DNA of 64,000 nucleotides from Clostridia bacterium. GTDB lineage: Bacteria > Bacillota > Clostridia > Oscillospirales > Acutalibacteraceae. This document shows positions 9,700 to 17,994 of the stretch, piece after piece (position 1 is the first letter of the stretch; the number at the start of each line of letters is the position of its first letter). The notes below the pieces were generated by a model. That model was given only the letters and a program-made list of their open reading frames with translations. It did no database searches and was not told the DNA's origin. The stretch covers positions 9,678 through 73,677 of the forward strand of contig JAFXIJ010000010.1 in the NCBI GenBank assembly GCA_017533175.1, in the 5' to 3' direction. The position numbers and the translations under genes were made by a program.

Positions 9700-10683
9700 A
9701 TGACAAAATTTAATAAATTAAAACAATTCACTCTTTCGGGCAGGGAAAGCAGCTTATCTGTTTACAAAGTAAGGAAAAAGACCGTTTCCCTTATTTCATC
9801 AATAGCACGATATGTATTTCTTATAGCATTCAGCTATACTCTGCTATATCCTATCTTATTTATGATATCCCATGCGATAAGAGATCCAATGTTCTTTAAT
9901 GACCCAACTGTACAGTGGATTCCTAAGGCTTATACTTTTTCTAACTTTCAAAGCGCTTGGGTAGTACTGCAAATGCCAACATCTCTGTTTAACACCATAA
10001 CTGTTGAGGTAATAAGCTCCTTAATTTCAATTATTGCCTGCGGTGTTGCGGCATACGGTCTTGCATGCTTTAAGTTTAGGGGACAGGGAATTCTTAACGC
10101 GTTGCTTATACTGCTTATATTAGTACCTTTTTCTATGACCTTAATACCGAATTTCGTAAATTACTACAATTTCGACTTCCTAGGTCTTTTCACTCTGATT
10201 GAAAAGATTTTTAAGGTAGAAATAGATACTAATCTACTTGATACGCTTTGGGCGGTATACCTACCGTCGATTACAGCCGTAGGACTGAAATCAGGCCTAT
10301 GTATATATATTTATCGTCAGTTTTATAGGGCGTTACCCAAGGAATTGTTTGAAGCTGCATGGATTGACGGTGCAGGTCCCCTCTTGACCTATGTGCGAAT
10401 AGTTGTTCCGTCCTCAGGTGTTGCATTGCTCACAGTATCTTTGCTATCGATTATTTGGCATTGGAATGATTATTATATTGCCCAAATGTTCTTAACAAAT
10501 CACAGAACAATGGCAGTGGAACTTAACGATTTCTTTATGCATCACGGCTTGGACGGCGTTGTTGTTTCAGCAGATTCCTGCATGGCGGCATGTCTTATGT
10601 TTGTAACACCAATGCTCGTATTTTATCTTATTTTACAAAAAAGGTTTATTGCCAGCATTTCAGCAACAGGTATTGTTGGTTAA
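9700..10683 (+). CDS. Carbohydrate ABC transporter permease (MalG type), importer 2
   Basis: 327 aa, multi-TM, with EAA motif EAAWIDGAGPLLTYVRIVVP. Confidence 0.85.
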   Translation: MTKFNKLKQFTLSGRESSLSVYKVRKKTVSLISSIARYVFLIAFSYTLLYPILFMISHAIRDPMFFNDPTVQWIPKAYTFSNFQSAWVVLQMPTSLFNTITVEVISSLISIIACGVAAYGLACFKFRGQGILNALLILLILVPFSMTLIPNFVNYYNFDFLGLFTLIEKIFKVEIDTNLLDTLWAVYLPSITAVGLKSGLCIYIYRQFYRALPKELFEAAWIDGAGPLLTYVRIVVPSSGVALLTVSLLSIIWHWNDYYIAQMFLTNHRTMAVELNDFFMHHGLDGVVVSADSCMAACLMFVTPMLVFYLILQKRFIASISATGIVG

Positions 10684-10694
10684 AAAATTTGATC

Positions 10695-10717
10695 AAAAGT
10701 TCATTTAATGAACTTTT
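10695..10717 (+). terminator. Weak AT-rich hairpin after permease 2b
   Basis: AAAAGTTCA-tttaa-TGAACTTTT. Confidence 0.35.
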
Positions 10718-10736
10718 AAAAAAAGGTAAAATTTTA

Positions 10737-10765
10737 TAGACAAATTTGTTTTTATGTGCTAAGAT
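10737..10765 (+). promoter_or_regulatory. Candidate internal sigma-A promoter ahead of SBP 2
   Basis: TAGACA-17 nt-TAAGAT, with TGc extended -10. Confidence 0.35.
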
Positions 10766-10840
10766 AATATAAGAGTAGATGTTTTCTCACACTTGAGAAA
10801 ATTTTAACTGCTAAAAATCAAATTAATTATGGAGGAAAAA

Positions 10841-12349
10841 ATGAAAACAATGAAAAAACTTATTTGCATTGTGCTTTGCTTGTTAATGGTTTTCTCTGTT
10901 GCTGCTTGTGGCACAGAAGGAACCGGATCGAACAACTCATCAGGCGAGCCCGCAAACAACTCATCTGTGATTGTTGAAAATTCTTCAGAAACACCTTCTG
11001 ATACTTCCACAGATGTTACATCGGTCGATGCTCCGTCCGAAACGGTCACACCTTCACAAACATCGCAGGGCAACACGACTTCTGCACCCGTCTCTAATCT
11101 TTGGGCCCCGGGTACAAATGATAATAGCGATGGCGGAACCAGCGCACCCAAGCAGACTTCTCTTACTTGGAAGCAGGTAAAGGCAAAGCTTCCGAAGGAT
11201 GCCTCAGGAAAGGAAATTGAACTTTACAACTGGAACACGCAAATACCTGCTCAAAAAGCTGCTATTGAAAGGTTTACCAAGGAGACAGGAATTAAGGTTA
11301 AGTACAAAGAGGAAGGTTACGATACCTATCTTGCTAAGTTAGCATCCCTTGTTGCAACAGGTAATCCTCCTACAGTTGTTCGTCTGCGCGACAACGATCC
11401 AAGCTACATGATGTCAATGCAGCCTATTAACAAAACAGGCTATGACTTTAATGATACATATTGGGATCAGGATATTTTGATGGAGTACAATGTTAACGGA
11501 TTACTTTATGGCGTTAATCTTGAATCTTCACCCTATTATCAGCCCATGGTTACTTTCTACAATCAAGAACTTATAGACAAATATAGCCTAGAAGATCCTT
11601 ATGAGCTCTGGAAGAGCGGCAAATGGACCTGGAAAAAGATGTATGAAATCTGTGAAGATTTTCTTAAAGCAGCTGGCGACGGATATAGCGGATTATCTAC
11701 TCTTGTCGGCGAGTATGTTTTCTCGACAGGTTCTTCATACTATTCCTACAAGGATAACAAGTATTCTGCTAACCTCAAAACCACTGCCTTCCTTAAGGCT
11801 ATGCAGAATATGAATACTCAGTACCAAAAGGGTAATATCTGCGATATAGTTGGTAACTATTCGGACTTCAGCCTTGGAAAGATTCTTTTCTGTAACGAAT
11901 CAGAAATCGCAGGTCGTCAATCACACTATATGATGACAGAGATTAAGAAAAAGGGCACATTAAGAGCTGTTCCCATACCTGCAGTTGACGGTCAAAAGGA
12001 ATATTATGTTCCCATCTTAGAGAACGAAGCTTACGGTGTTCCAAACAAGGCAAAGAATATCGAATTAGCTCCTTATTTCTTGCGCTTCTATCTCGATACT
12101 GCGAACTACAACATGAACTCGTTCTATGCACACAAGACCATACTTGAAGCAGTTGAGTGGACCCGTTCTCAAAAGAGAGTATCTGTACTTAATGAATTAG
12201 ATACGAACAGAACTATAATTGGCATTGTAGAAGGTCTTTTAACCTGCACAACCAGCCAGATTAAAACTCTCATCGAGTCGAAGTATTATCCTAGTGCAAA
12301 AGATGCGGCTGCTCAAGCCACAAAAGAGATTGGAAAACTTGTAAAATAA
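10841..12349 (+). CDS. Lipoprotein ABC solute-binding protein, importer 2
   Basis: Start moved to ATG 10841, which has GGAGG 5 nt upstream; the listed ATG 10829 lies within that RBS. Lipobox VFSVAAC is followed by a Ser/Thr/Asn-rich linker and an SBP-like domain of about 400 aa. Confidence 0.75.
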   Translation: MKTMKKLICIVLCLLMVFSVAACGTEGTGSNNSSGEPANNSSVIVENSSETPSDTSTDVTSVDAPSETVTPSQTSQGNTTSAPVSNLWAPGTNDNSDGGTSAPKQTSLTWKQVKAKLPKDASGKEIELYNWNTQIPAQKAAIERFTKETGIKVKYKEEGYDTYLAKLASLVATGNPPTVVRLRDNDPSYMMSMQPINKTGYDFNDTYWDQDILMEYNVNGLLYGVNLESSPYYQPMVTFYNQELIDKYSLEDPYELWKSGKWTWKKMYEICEDFLKAAGDGYSGLSTLVGEYVFSTGSSYYSYKDNKYSANLKTTAFLKAMQNMNTQYQKGNICDIVGNYSDFSLGKILFCNESEIAGRQSHYMMTEIKKKGTLRAVPIPAVDGQKEYYVPILENEAYGVPNKAKNIELAPYFLRFYLDTANYNMNSFYAHKTILEAVEWTRSQKRVSVLNELDTNRTIIGIVEGLLTCTTSQIKTLIESKYYPSAKDAAAQATKEIGKLVK

Positions 12350-12375
12350 CACAGGTTTAACTTAATTTACAGTCT

Positions 12376-12408
12376 AAAAGATGTGTGGAAAATTTCCACA
12401 CATCTTTT
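12376..12408. terminator. Rho-independent terminator (symmetric) after SBP 2
   Basis: A 15-bp perfect stem, AAAAGATGTGTGGAA-aat-TTCCACACATCTTTT. Confidence 0.85.
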
Positions 12409-12448
12409 ACTTTTACAGCAGCAAATATAGTAATTTTCTATTATATTC

Positions 12449-12477
12449 TTGCATATAGCGGATAAATATGGTATAAG
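12449..12477 (+). promoter_or_regulatory. Sigma-A promoter of the beta-helix gene
   Basis: TTGCAT-17 nt-TATAAG, with TGg extended -10. Lies downstream of a strong terminator. Confidence 0.55.
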
Positions 12478-12537
12478 TAAAGTGTAAAGTTGATTTGCTT
12501 TAATATGAACCAACAAAAAGAGAAGGAATGATTTACT

Positions 12538-13926
12538 TTGTATAAAAATGAAGACATAGTAAGGATTTTGCATGAAGCCGATGAAATTCATCCGCATTTT
12601 GATGCATTGCACGATGTTACACCTGAAAAGGCAGCGGCGGACGCACTTCGCAAGGAAATACGCGAATCAAAGGACGAGCTTAAACACGTTGGAACGGTTT
12701 ATTATATTTCAAACAACGGTGACGACAATAATGACGGCAAAAGCCCTGAAACTGCTTGGCGCACACTTCAAAGATATGAAAATCATCACGAGATTTTCGA
12801 TGATGCAGGCGGAGCAACCCTCCTACTTGAAAGAGGCGGAATTTACCGCGGATTTTTGTGTCTTTGCAGTAACAGCGCGTATGGAGCATACGGTGAAGGC
12901 AAAAAACCTGAAATCTGGACATCTAAGCAAAACTATGCAGATGAAAAGCTTTGGAGTGATTGCGGCAATGACATTTGGTCGCTTGAGCCGCTAGGCTTCG
13001 ATGAAGAGCCAATGTGGGATATCGGCCTTATTGCGATGGACACATATACAATCGGTATGAAAATAACAACCTCTCTCAGCGAAGTAGAGAATGATTTGGA
13101 ATTTTATCACGACTTAGATGCTGGTAAGCTGTACTTAATGTCTACTAAGGGAAATCCTGGTAAAAGGTTTAGCAGTATAGAAATGTCTCCTCGCTATCAT
13201 GGACTCTGCTGCTACGGAACCAAGAATGTAGCCGTTGATAATATTTGTGTAAAATATGCAGGATTTCACGGAATGGCCAATTACAACGTAACAAATGTAA
13301 AAGTAACCAATTGTGAGTTTGGATGGATAGGCGGTTCAATGCTTGGGAATTATCGCCTTGGAAACGGCATTGAATTCTGGGAGAACTGTGAAAATGTAGA
13401 GGTTGAGCATTGTTATTTTTATCAATGCTACGATACAGCCATTACACATCAGGCTGACAAAGCTATACAAAAGGATGTTCGTTTTGTCAACAACCTAATT
13501 GAAGACTGCATATATGGAATTGAGTTCTTTGTTCGAGATGAAGAATCTATAATGGAAAATATCGTATATGAAGGAAATATAATTCGATTTTCGGGATATG
13601 GCTGGGGAGACCAAAGAATAAATCCTGACGGAAATGCTTCGATTGTAGGCTGGGCATATCCTCAGCATCAAAATAAGTCTAAGAACTTTGTTATAAGAAA
13701 CAACATACTCTCATGTTGCAGCTGGTATCTTGTTTTCTTATCACACCCCAATACAGATGATTATGATATCAAGTTTACGGGTAATACATATTACCAGACC
13801 AAAGGAATACATACAGCCGCTGCTAAGTGGACCGACTGTGAAATTCTGCCCGCAGATGATCAGGAATCGTTAGAAAAGTCAATTAGAATGATTGATGATA
13901 ATCCTAAGGAAATCAAGTTTATCTAA
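12538..13926 (+). CDS. Cytoplasmic right-handed parallel beta-helix (pectate-lyase-fold) protein
   Basis: 462 aa with a TTG start and no signal peptide. The N-cap motif GTVYYISNNGDDNNDGKSPETAWRTL is present. Successive beta-helix rungs are visible (NVAVDNICVKYAGFHG, VTNVKVTNCEFGWIGG, CENVEVEHCYFYQCYDTAITHQ, VRFVNNLIEDCIYGIEF). Confidence 0.6.
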   Translation: MYKNEDIVRILHEADEIHPHFDALHDVTPEKAAADALRKEIRESKDELKHVGTVYYISNNGDDNNDGKSPETAWRTLQRYENHHEIFDDAGGATLLLERGGIYRGFLCLCSNSAYGAYGEGKKPEIWTSKQNYADEKLWSDCGNDIWSLEPLGFDEEPMWDIGLIAMDTYTIGMKITTSLSEVENDLEFYHDLDAGKLYLMSTKGNPGKRFSSIEMSPRYHGLCCYGTKNVAVDNICVKYAGFHGMANYNVTNVKVTNCEFGWIGGSMLGNYRLGNGIEFWENCENVEVEHCYFYQCYDTAITHQADKAIQKDVRFVNNLIEDCIYGIEFFVRDEESIMENIVYEGNIIRFSGYGWGDQRINPDGNASIVGWAYPQHQNKSKNFVIRNNILSCCSWYLVFLSHPNTDDYDIKFTGNTYYQTKGIHTAAAKWTDCEILPADDQESLEKSIRMIDDNPKEIKFI

Positions 13927-13944
13927 TAGAAGTTATAAGACTAT

Positions 13945-13987
13945 ACCGCTGTCAATACAGAAAGTATTAACAGCGGTTTCCTTTTTA
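13945..13987 (+). terminator. Rho-independent terminator after beta-helix gene
   Basis: ACCGCTGTcAATAC-agaaa-GTATTaACAGCGGT followed by TTCCTTTTT. Confidence 0.75.
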
Positions 13988-14056
13988 GTATAATAAACTG
14001 AACAACCCATTTTTTATACATTATCAACTGTATTTAAAAACTTTGCAAAAAAATGC

Positions 14057-14085
14057 TTGCATTTTAATGCTATCTGTGTTAGAAT
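14057..14085 (+). promoter_or_regulatory. Sigma-A promoter of rplS
   Basis: TTGCAT-17 nt-TAGAAT, with TGt extended -10. Confidence 0.6.
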
Positions 14086-14091
14086 ATTTGA

Positions 14092-14205
14092 GCATTTGAT
14101 TACACTTGTTTCCTTACAAGTGGGTTTGATGCCGAATATTCGACATTAAAACGGGCGGTCCTCTGTTTTTTAGCATGAACGTCTGAACAATTAGGGAGGA
14201 AGAAA
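14092..14205 (+). ncRNA. Structured rplS 5' leader (candidate L19 autoregulatory leader)
   Basis: A 5' UTR of about 110 nt with hairpins CACTTGT-ttcctt-ACAAGTG (14103-14122) and GCCGAATATTCGAC (about 14131-14146). Confidence 0.4.
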
Positions 14206-14547
14206 ATGGACGCTGTAAAAAACCTCACAGCAGGAATGATTAAGGAGGATGCTCCTGAAATCAAAATCGGAACCACCGTTCGTGTTCATGTAAAGATTCG
14301 CGAAGGTGAGAGAGAAAGAATCCAGGTATTTGAAGGAACTGTTATTGCTAAGAATAACAGCGGAATTGCAGAGACCTTTACCGTAAGAAGAATTTCCTAC
14401 GGCGTAGGTGTAGAGCGTGTATTCCCCGTTCACTCACCCAATGTAGCAAAGGTTGAAACCGTTAGAAACGGCCGTGTTCGCAGAGCTAAGCTTTATTATC
14501 TCCGTGACCGTGTCGGAAAGGCTGCAAAGGTTAAAGAGTCTGTATAG
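14206..14547 (+). CDS. rplS: 50S ribosomal protein L19
   Basis: 113 aa containing [24 protein letters not shown]...[21 protein letters not shown], which is unmistakable L19. AGGGAGG RBS. Confidence 0.97.
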   Translation: MDAVKNLTAGMIKEDAPEIKIGTTVRVHVKIREGERERIQVFEGTVIAKNNSGIAETFTVRRISYGVGVERVFPVHSPNVAKVETVRNGRVRRAKLYYLRDRVGKAAKVKESV

Positions 14548-14575
14548 GCTGACAAGAGCCGAACCTGATTCGTCG

Positions 14576-14606
14576 AAGGAGAACGCGAAAGCGCTCTCCT
14601 TTTTTC
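14576..14606 (+). terminator. Terminator/attenuator between rplS and lepB
   Basis: AAGGAGAACGC-gaaa-GCGCTCTCCTT followed by TTTTT. Confidence 0.65.
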
Positions 14607-14637
14607 TTAAATTAAAGTATATAGGGAGGTGTTCTAA

Positions 14638-15240
14638 TTGAATATGGATACGAACAAGACAAACGGTCAAAAGGCGCTTAAAAAAGAGATTTTTGACTGG
14701 CTCGATACGATTGTGATAGCTGTAATTGCCGTAATTTTTATTTTTACGGCTTTATTCCGAGTTGCTACGATTGTCGGAGACTCCATGCAGAACACCTTTT
14801 TTGAAAACGAAAAGGTTGTAATAACCAAGCTCTTCTATAAACCAAATGTTGGGGATGTCGTGGTTATTTCAAGAAATGCCGACAACTCAACAGACAAAGA
14901 AAGCTATCAGGAGCCTATAATTAAACGAGTTATTGCGACAGGCGGTCAATACGTAGATATTGATTTTAAAAACGGAAATGTTTATGTCGGTTATACACAG
15001 TCGGATATGGAGCTGCTTTACGAGCCGTATATTAAGATACCTACCTACAATAAAGGAGATGTTGACTTTCCTTTGTATGTGCCCGAGGGTATGGTTTTTG
15101 TCCTTGGTGACAACAGAGCGGAGTCTCTTGACAGCAGATATTCATCAATCGGACTAGTTGATGAAAAGAATATTTTAGGCAAGGTAGTTTTCCGAATTTA
15201 TCCATTTACAAAGATAGGAGCAGTAGGCAACTATGAGTGA
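14638..15240 (+). CDS. lepB: Signal peptidase I
   Basis: 200 aa with an N-terminal TM segment. Catalytic Ser box GDSMQNTF and box E GDNRAESLDSR are present. TTG start lies 8 nt after GGGAGG; ATG 14644 is an alternative. Confidence 0.9.
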   Translation: MNMDTNKTNGQKALKKEIFDWLDTIVIAVIAVIFIFTALFRVATIVGDSMQNTFFENEKVVITKLFYKPNVGDVVVISRNADNSTDKESYQEPIIKRVIATGGQYVDIDFKNGNVYVGYTQSDMELLYEPYIKIPTYNKGDVDFPLYVPEGMVFVLGDNRAESLDSRYSSIGLVDEKNILGKVVFRIYPFTKIGAVGNYE

Positions 15241-16099
15241 TATGCAAAATATTCAATGGTTCCCGGGACATATGACCCGTACCAAGCGTAAGATTAAAGA
15301 AGCCCTGCAAATTATTGATGCGGTTGTTGAAATAGTAGATGCAAGAATACCTATAAGCAGTAGGAATCCTGATTTAAAGGAAATTATCAAGGATAAGCCT
15401 CTGCTTATTCTTCTTAATAAGTGCGATATGGCAGACCCGACTGAAACTTCTCGCTGGATAGACTATTACAAAAAAAACGATATTACAGCAATACCGGTTG
15501 ACTGCAAAACGGGTAAAGGCATAAACAACTTTAAGGATAAAATTAAAGAGGTTTTAGCTGACAAGTTAGAGCAGTTCAAAGCAAAGGGATTGGTTGGAAA
15601 ACCCCTTCGTGTAATGGTAGTAGGCATACCAAATGTGGGGAAATCATCCTTTATTAACCGTATTGCAGGAGGAAATCGTGCTAAGGCGGAAAATCGTCCG
15701 GGAGTGACAAGAGGAAATCAGTGGATAACAGTCGATAAGCAGCTTGAATTGCTTGATACGCCGGGTGTTTTGTGGCCTAAGTTTGATGACCAAGCGGTTG
15801 GAGAGAGACTTGCTTTTACAGGAGCTGTGAAGGACAAGGTTGTTGATATTGAGCTGCTGAGCATTAGGCTGTTAGAAATTTTAACCCAAAGTTATCGGGA
15901 CAAACTTATCGAAAGATACGGAAATCTTGACTTTTCTGCCGATTCGTATGAGCTGCTTTGCCAAATTGGTAAAAAGCGCGGGATGGTGATTCGCGGCGGT
16001 GAAACCGATACCGAACGCGCATCAGCAATGCTGCTTGAAGAATATAGAAACTGTAAAATTGGCAGGATAACTCTTGAAAGGATATGTGACAATGCCTGA
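15233..16099 (+). CDS. rbgA: Ribosome biogenesis GTPase A (YlqF/RbgA)
   Basis: 288 aa with QWFPGHM, circularly permuted G motifs (LLNKCD; GIPNVGKSS) and DTPGVLWPK. Conserved rplS-ylqF-rnhB synteny. Confidence 0.93.
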   Translation: MSDMQNIQWFPGHMTRTKRKIKEALQIIDAVVEIVDARIPISSRNPDLKEIIKDKPLLILLNKCDMADPTETSRWIDYYKKNDITAIPVDCKTGKGINNFKDKIKEVLADKLEQFKAKGLVGKPLRVMVVGIPNVGKSSFINRIAGGNRAKAENRPGVTRGNQWITVDKQLELLDTPGVLWPKFDDQAVGERLAFTGAVKDKVVDIELLSIRLLEILTQSYRDKLIERYGNLDFSADSYELLCQIGKKRGMVIRGGETDTERASAMLLEEYRNCKIGRITLERICDNA

Positions 16100-16691
16100 T
16101 TTTGAGCTTGAAAAATCTGCTTATGCCGCGGGCTACACTGCGGTCTGCGGTGTCGATGAAGCGGGCAGAGGACCGCTTGCAGGACCCGTTTGCGCAGCGG
16201 CAGTAATTTTACCAAAGGATACCGAAATCGAAGGCGTCAACGACTCGAAAAAGCTTACCGAGAAAAAACGGGAAGCTTTGTTCGATGTGATTAAGGAAAA
16301 GGCGGTTGCGTACAGTGTAGCATTTGCCAGCGTAGAGGAAATTGAGGAACTTAACATACTAAATGCAACACACCTTGCAATGAGAAGAGCAATAGAGAAT
16401 TTGTCTGTTAAGGCGGATTATGCACTTATTGACGGCAACAGCCTGCCAAAAGAAGCAAATGTCGATTGCTCTGCGGTTATAAAGGGAGATTCCATATCAA
16501 CTTCAATAGCAGCAGCATCTATTCTTGCTAAGGTAACTAGGGATAGACTTTTGCTTGAATATGATAAAAAATATCCCGAGTACAATTTCGCAAAGCATAA
16601 GGGCTACGGTACAAAGGAACATATTGAAGCAATCAAAAAATATGGCGCAAGTGAGGTTCACAGAGCCTCGTTTTTGAAGAACATAAAATGA
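16092..16691 (+). CDS. rnhB: Ribonuclease HII
   Basis: Contains GVDEAGRGPLAGPV and HKGYGT motifs. Start set to ATG 16092, with GAAAGGA 9 nt upstream; the track TTG 16074 is less likely. Confidence 0.92.
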   Translation: MPDFELEKSAYAAGYTAVCGVDEAGRGPLAGPVCAAAVILPKDTEIEGVNDSKKLTEKKREALFDVIKEKAVAYSVAFASVEEIEELNILNATHLAMRRAIENLSVKADYALIDGNSLPKEANVDCSAVIKGDSISTSIAAASILAKVTRDRLLLEYDKKYPEYNFAKHKGYGTKEHIEAIKKYGASEVHRASFLKNIK

Positions 16692-17083
16692 GTTATACAG
16701 CACAAATCGGAAGAATCGGCGAAGAAATGGTTGCCGATTACCTAAAATCGCAAGGGTATATTATTACCGCAAGAAATTACAGCTCTAAATTCGGGGAAAT
16801 TGACATTGTTGCCGAAAGTCGCGAATACATTTTATTTGTAGAGGTTAAGACAAGAAAAAAGAACCCGCTAGTTTCTCCCGCAGATGCAGTGAATGCTAAA
16901 AAGCAAAAGAAAATAATTCTTACTGCATACGACTTTTTAGCAAAGCTTAGGATAAATATAAGCTATCGTTTTGATGTCGCAGAGGTTTATTATGAAATAA
17001 AGGAAAACGGGGAGTTAAAGGTTGACCTCAACTATATAAAAAATGCGTTCTCAACGGAGGTGCTGGAGGGTGGACCTTTTTGA
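16688..17083 (+). CDS. YraN family (UPF0102) endonuclease-like protein
   Basis: 131 aa with GEIDIVA...FVEVKTR motifs. ATGA overlap with the rnhB stop. Confidence 0.85.
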   Translation: MSYTAQIGRIGEEMVADYLKSQGYIITARNYSSKFGEIDIVAESREYILFVEVKTRKKNPLVSPADAVNAKKQKKIILTAYDFLAKLRINISYRFDVAEVYYEIKENGELKVDLNYIKNAFSTEVLEGGPF

Positions 17084-17933
17084 TTTGCACTGCGATACTC
17101 CGCTGGCAGTTTTAGAAGGTTTAAAGTCGGCGGTTTCTTTCCCTGAAACCATACAAAAGCAGGTGCAAACCTGTGCAGTTTTTGTAAGGGATGATATGCC
17201 TTGCCCTTTTGATTATTATAAAAAGGCTTTAAAGACCTTTAAAAGTGTAATAAACTATCCCATTAATGACCTTACAGCAGAAAGGTCGGTGCTTTTGTCT
17301 GTCGAGGGCGGAGCTGTGCTCGAAGGAAAGAAGGAAAGGGTAGAGGAGCTTTTTTTAGACGGAATCTCGGTTTTGTCTCTCACCTGGAACGGCGAAAATT
17401 CACTTGCGGGTGGGGTAAACTCTGAAAGAGGACTCACAAAAGTGGGAAAAAGCGTAATATTCGAAATGAACCGACTAAATATGGTTTTAGACCTTTCACA
17501 CCTTAATGATAAAAGCTTTTTTTCGGCAGTTGAATTAAGCGATTTGCCAATAGCCACCCACAGCAATTCAAGAAAAATATGCTCTCATAAACGCAATTTA
17601 ACCGATGAACAGCTTAAACTGATTAAGCAAAAGAACGGACTTGTTGGCATTAACTTTTATCCTCTTTTTTTAGGAGGAGAAAATGCTTTTTTATGTGTTT
17701 ATAATCATATATCGCATATGTTAAGTTTAGGACTTGAAAATAATATCTCGGTAGGCTCGGATTTTGACGGAGCACGAATGAGCACCGAGCTTGACACAAC
17801 CAAAAAAATTCATAAGCTTTACGCATTTTTGGAGAGAAAAGGGCTAAAAAAAGGCACAATAGATAAAATATTTTACAAAAATGCTTTAAATTTCTTCAAA
17901 AATGTTTTTGACAAGCGTCAAAAGATGATATAA
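17070..17933 (+). CDS. Membrane dipeptidase (peptidase M19)-like protein
   Basis: Contains the DLHCDTP N-terminal motif, SLTWNGENS and LDLSHLND. Start uncertain: GTG 17070 has GGAGG 9 nt upstream, versus track ATG 17043, which overlaps yraN by 41 nt. Confidence 0.7.
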   Translation: MDLFDLHCDTPLAVLEGLKSAVSFPETIQKQVQTCAVFVRDDMPCPFDYYKKALKTFKSVINYPINDLTAERSVLLSVEGGAVLEGKKERVEELFLDGISVLSLTWNGENSLAGGVNSERGLTKVGKSVIFEMNRLNMVLDLSHLNDKSFFSAVELSDLPIATHSNSRKICSHKRNLTDEQLKLIKQKNGLVGINFYPLFLGGENAFLCVYNHISHMLSLGLENNISVGSDFDGARMSTELDTTKKIHKLYAFLERKGLKKGTIDKIFYKNALNFFKNVFDKRQKMI

Positions 17934-17994
17934 AATATATTAGAAAAATTATAGTCGGCATAACCGACAGTTTGTTTTTTACTTGGAGGATGTT

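Noticed and set aside
2591-10683. Absence of an ABC ATPase gene for either importer.
   Set aside because: CUT1 sugar importers in Firmicutes commonly share an unlinked multitask ATPase (MsmK/MsmX type), so this alone is not anomalous.
10804-11180. 115-aa minus-strand ORF and 69-aa alternative-frame ORF over the 5' part of SBP 2.
   Set aside because: Both are by-products of the compositionally biased Ser/Thr/Asn linker region of the SBP gene. Neither has start signals.
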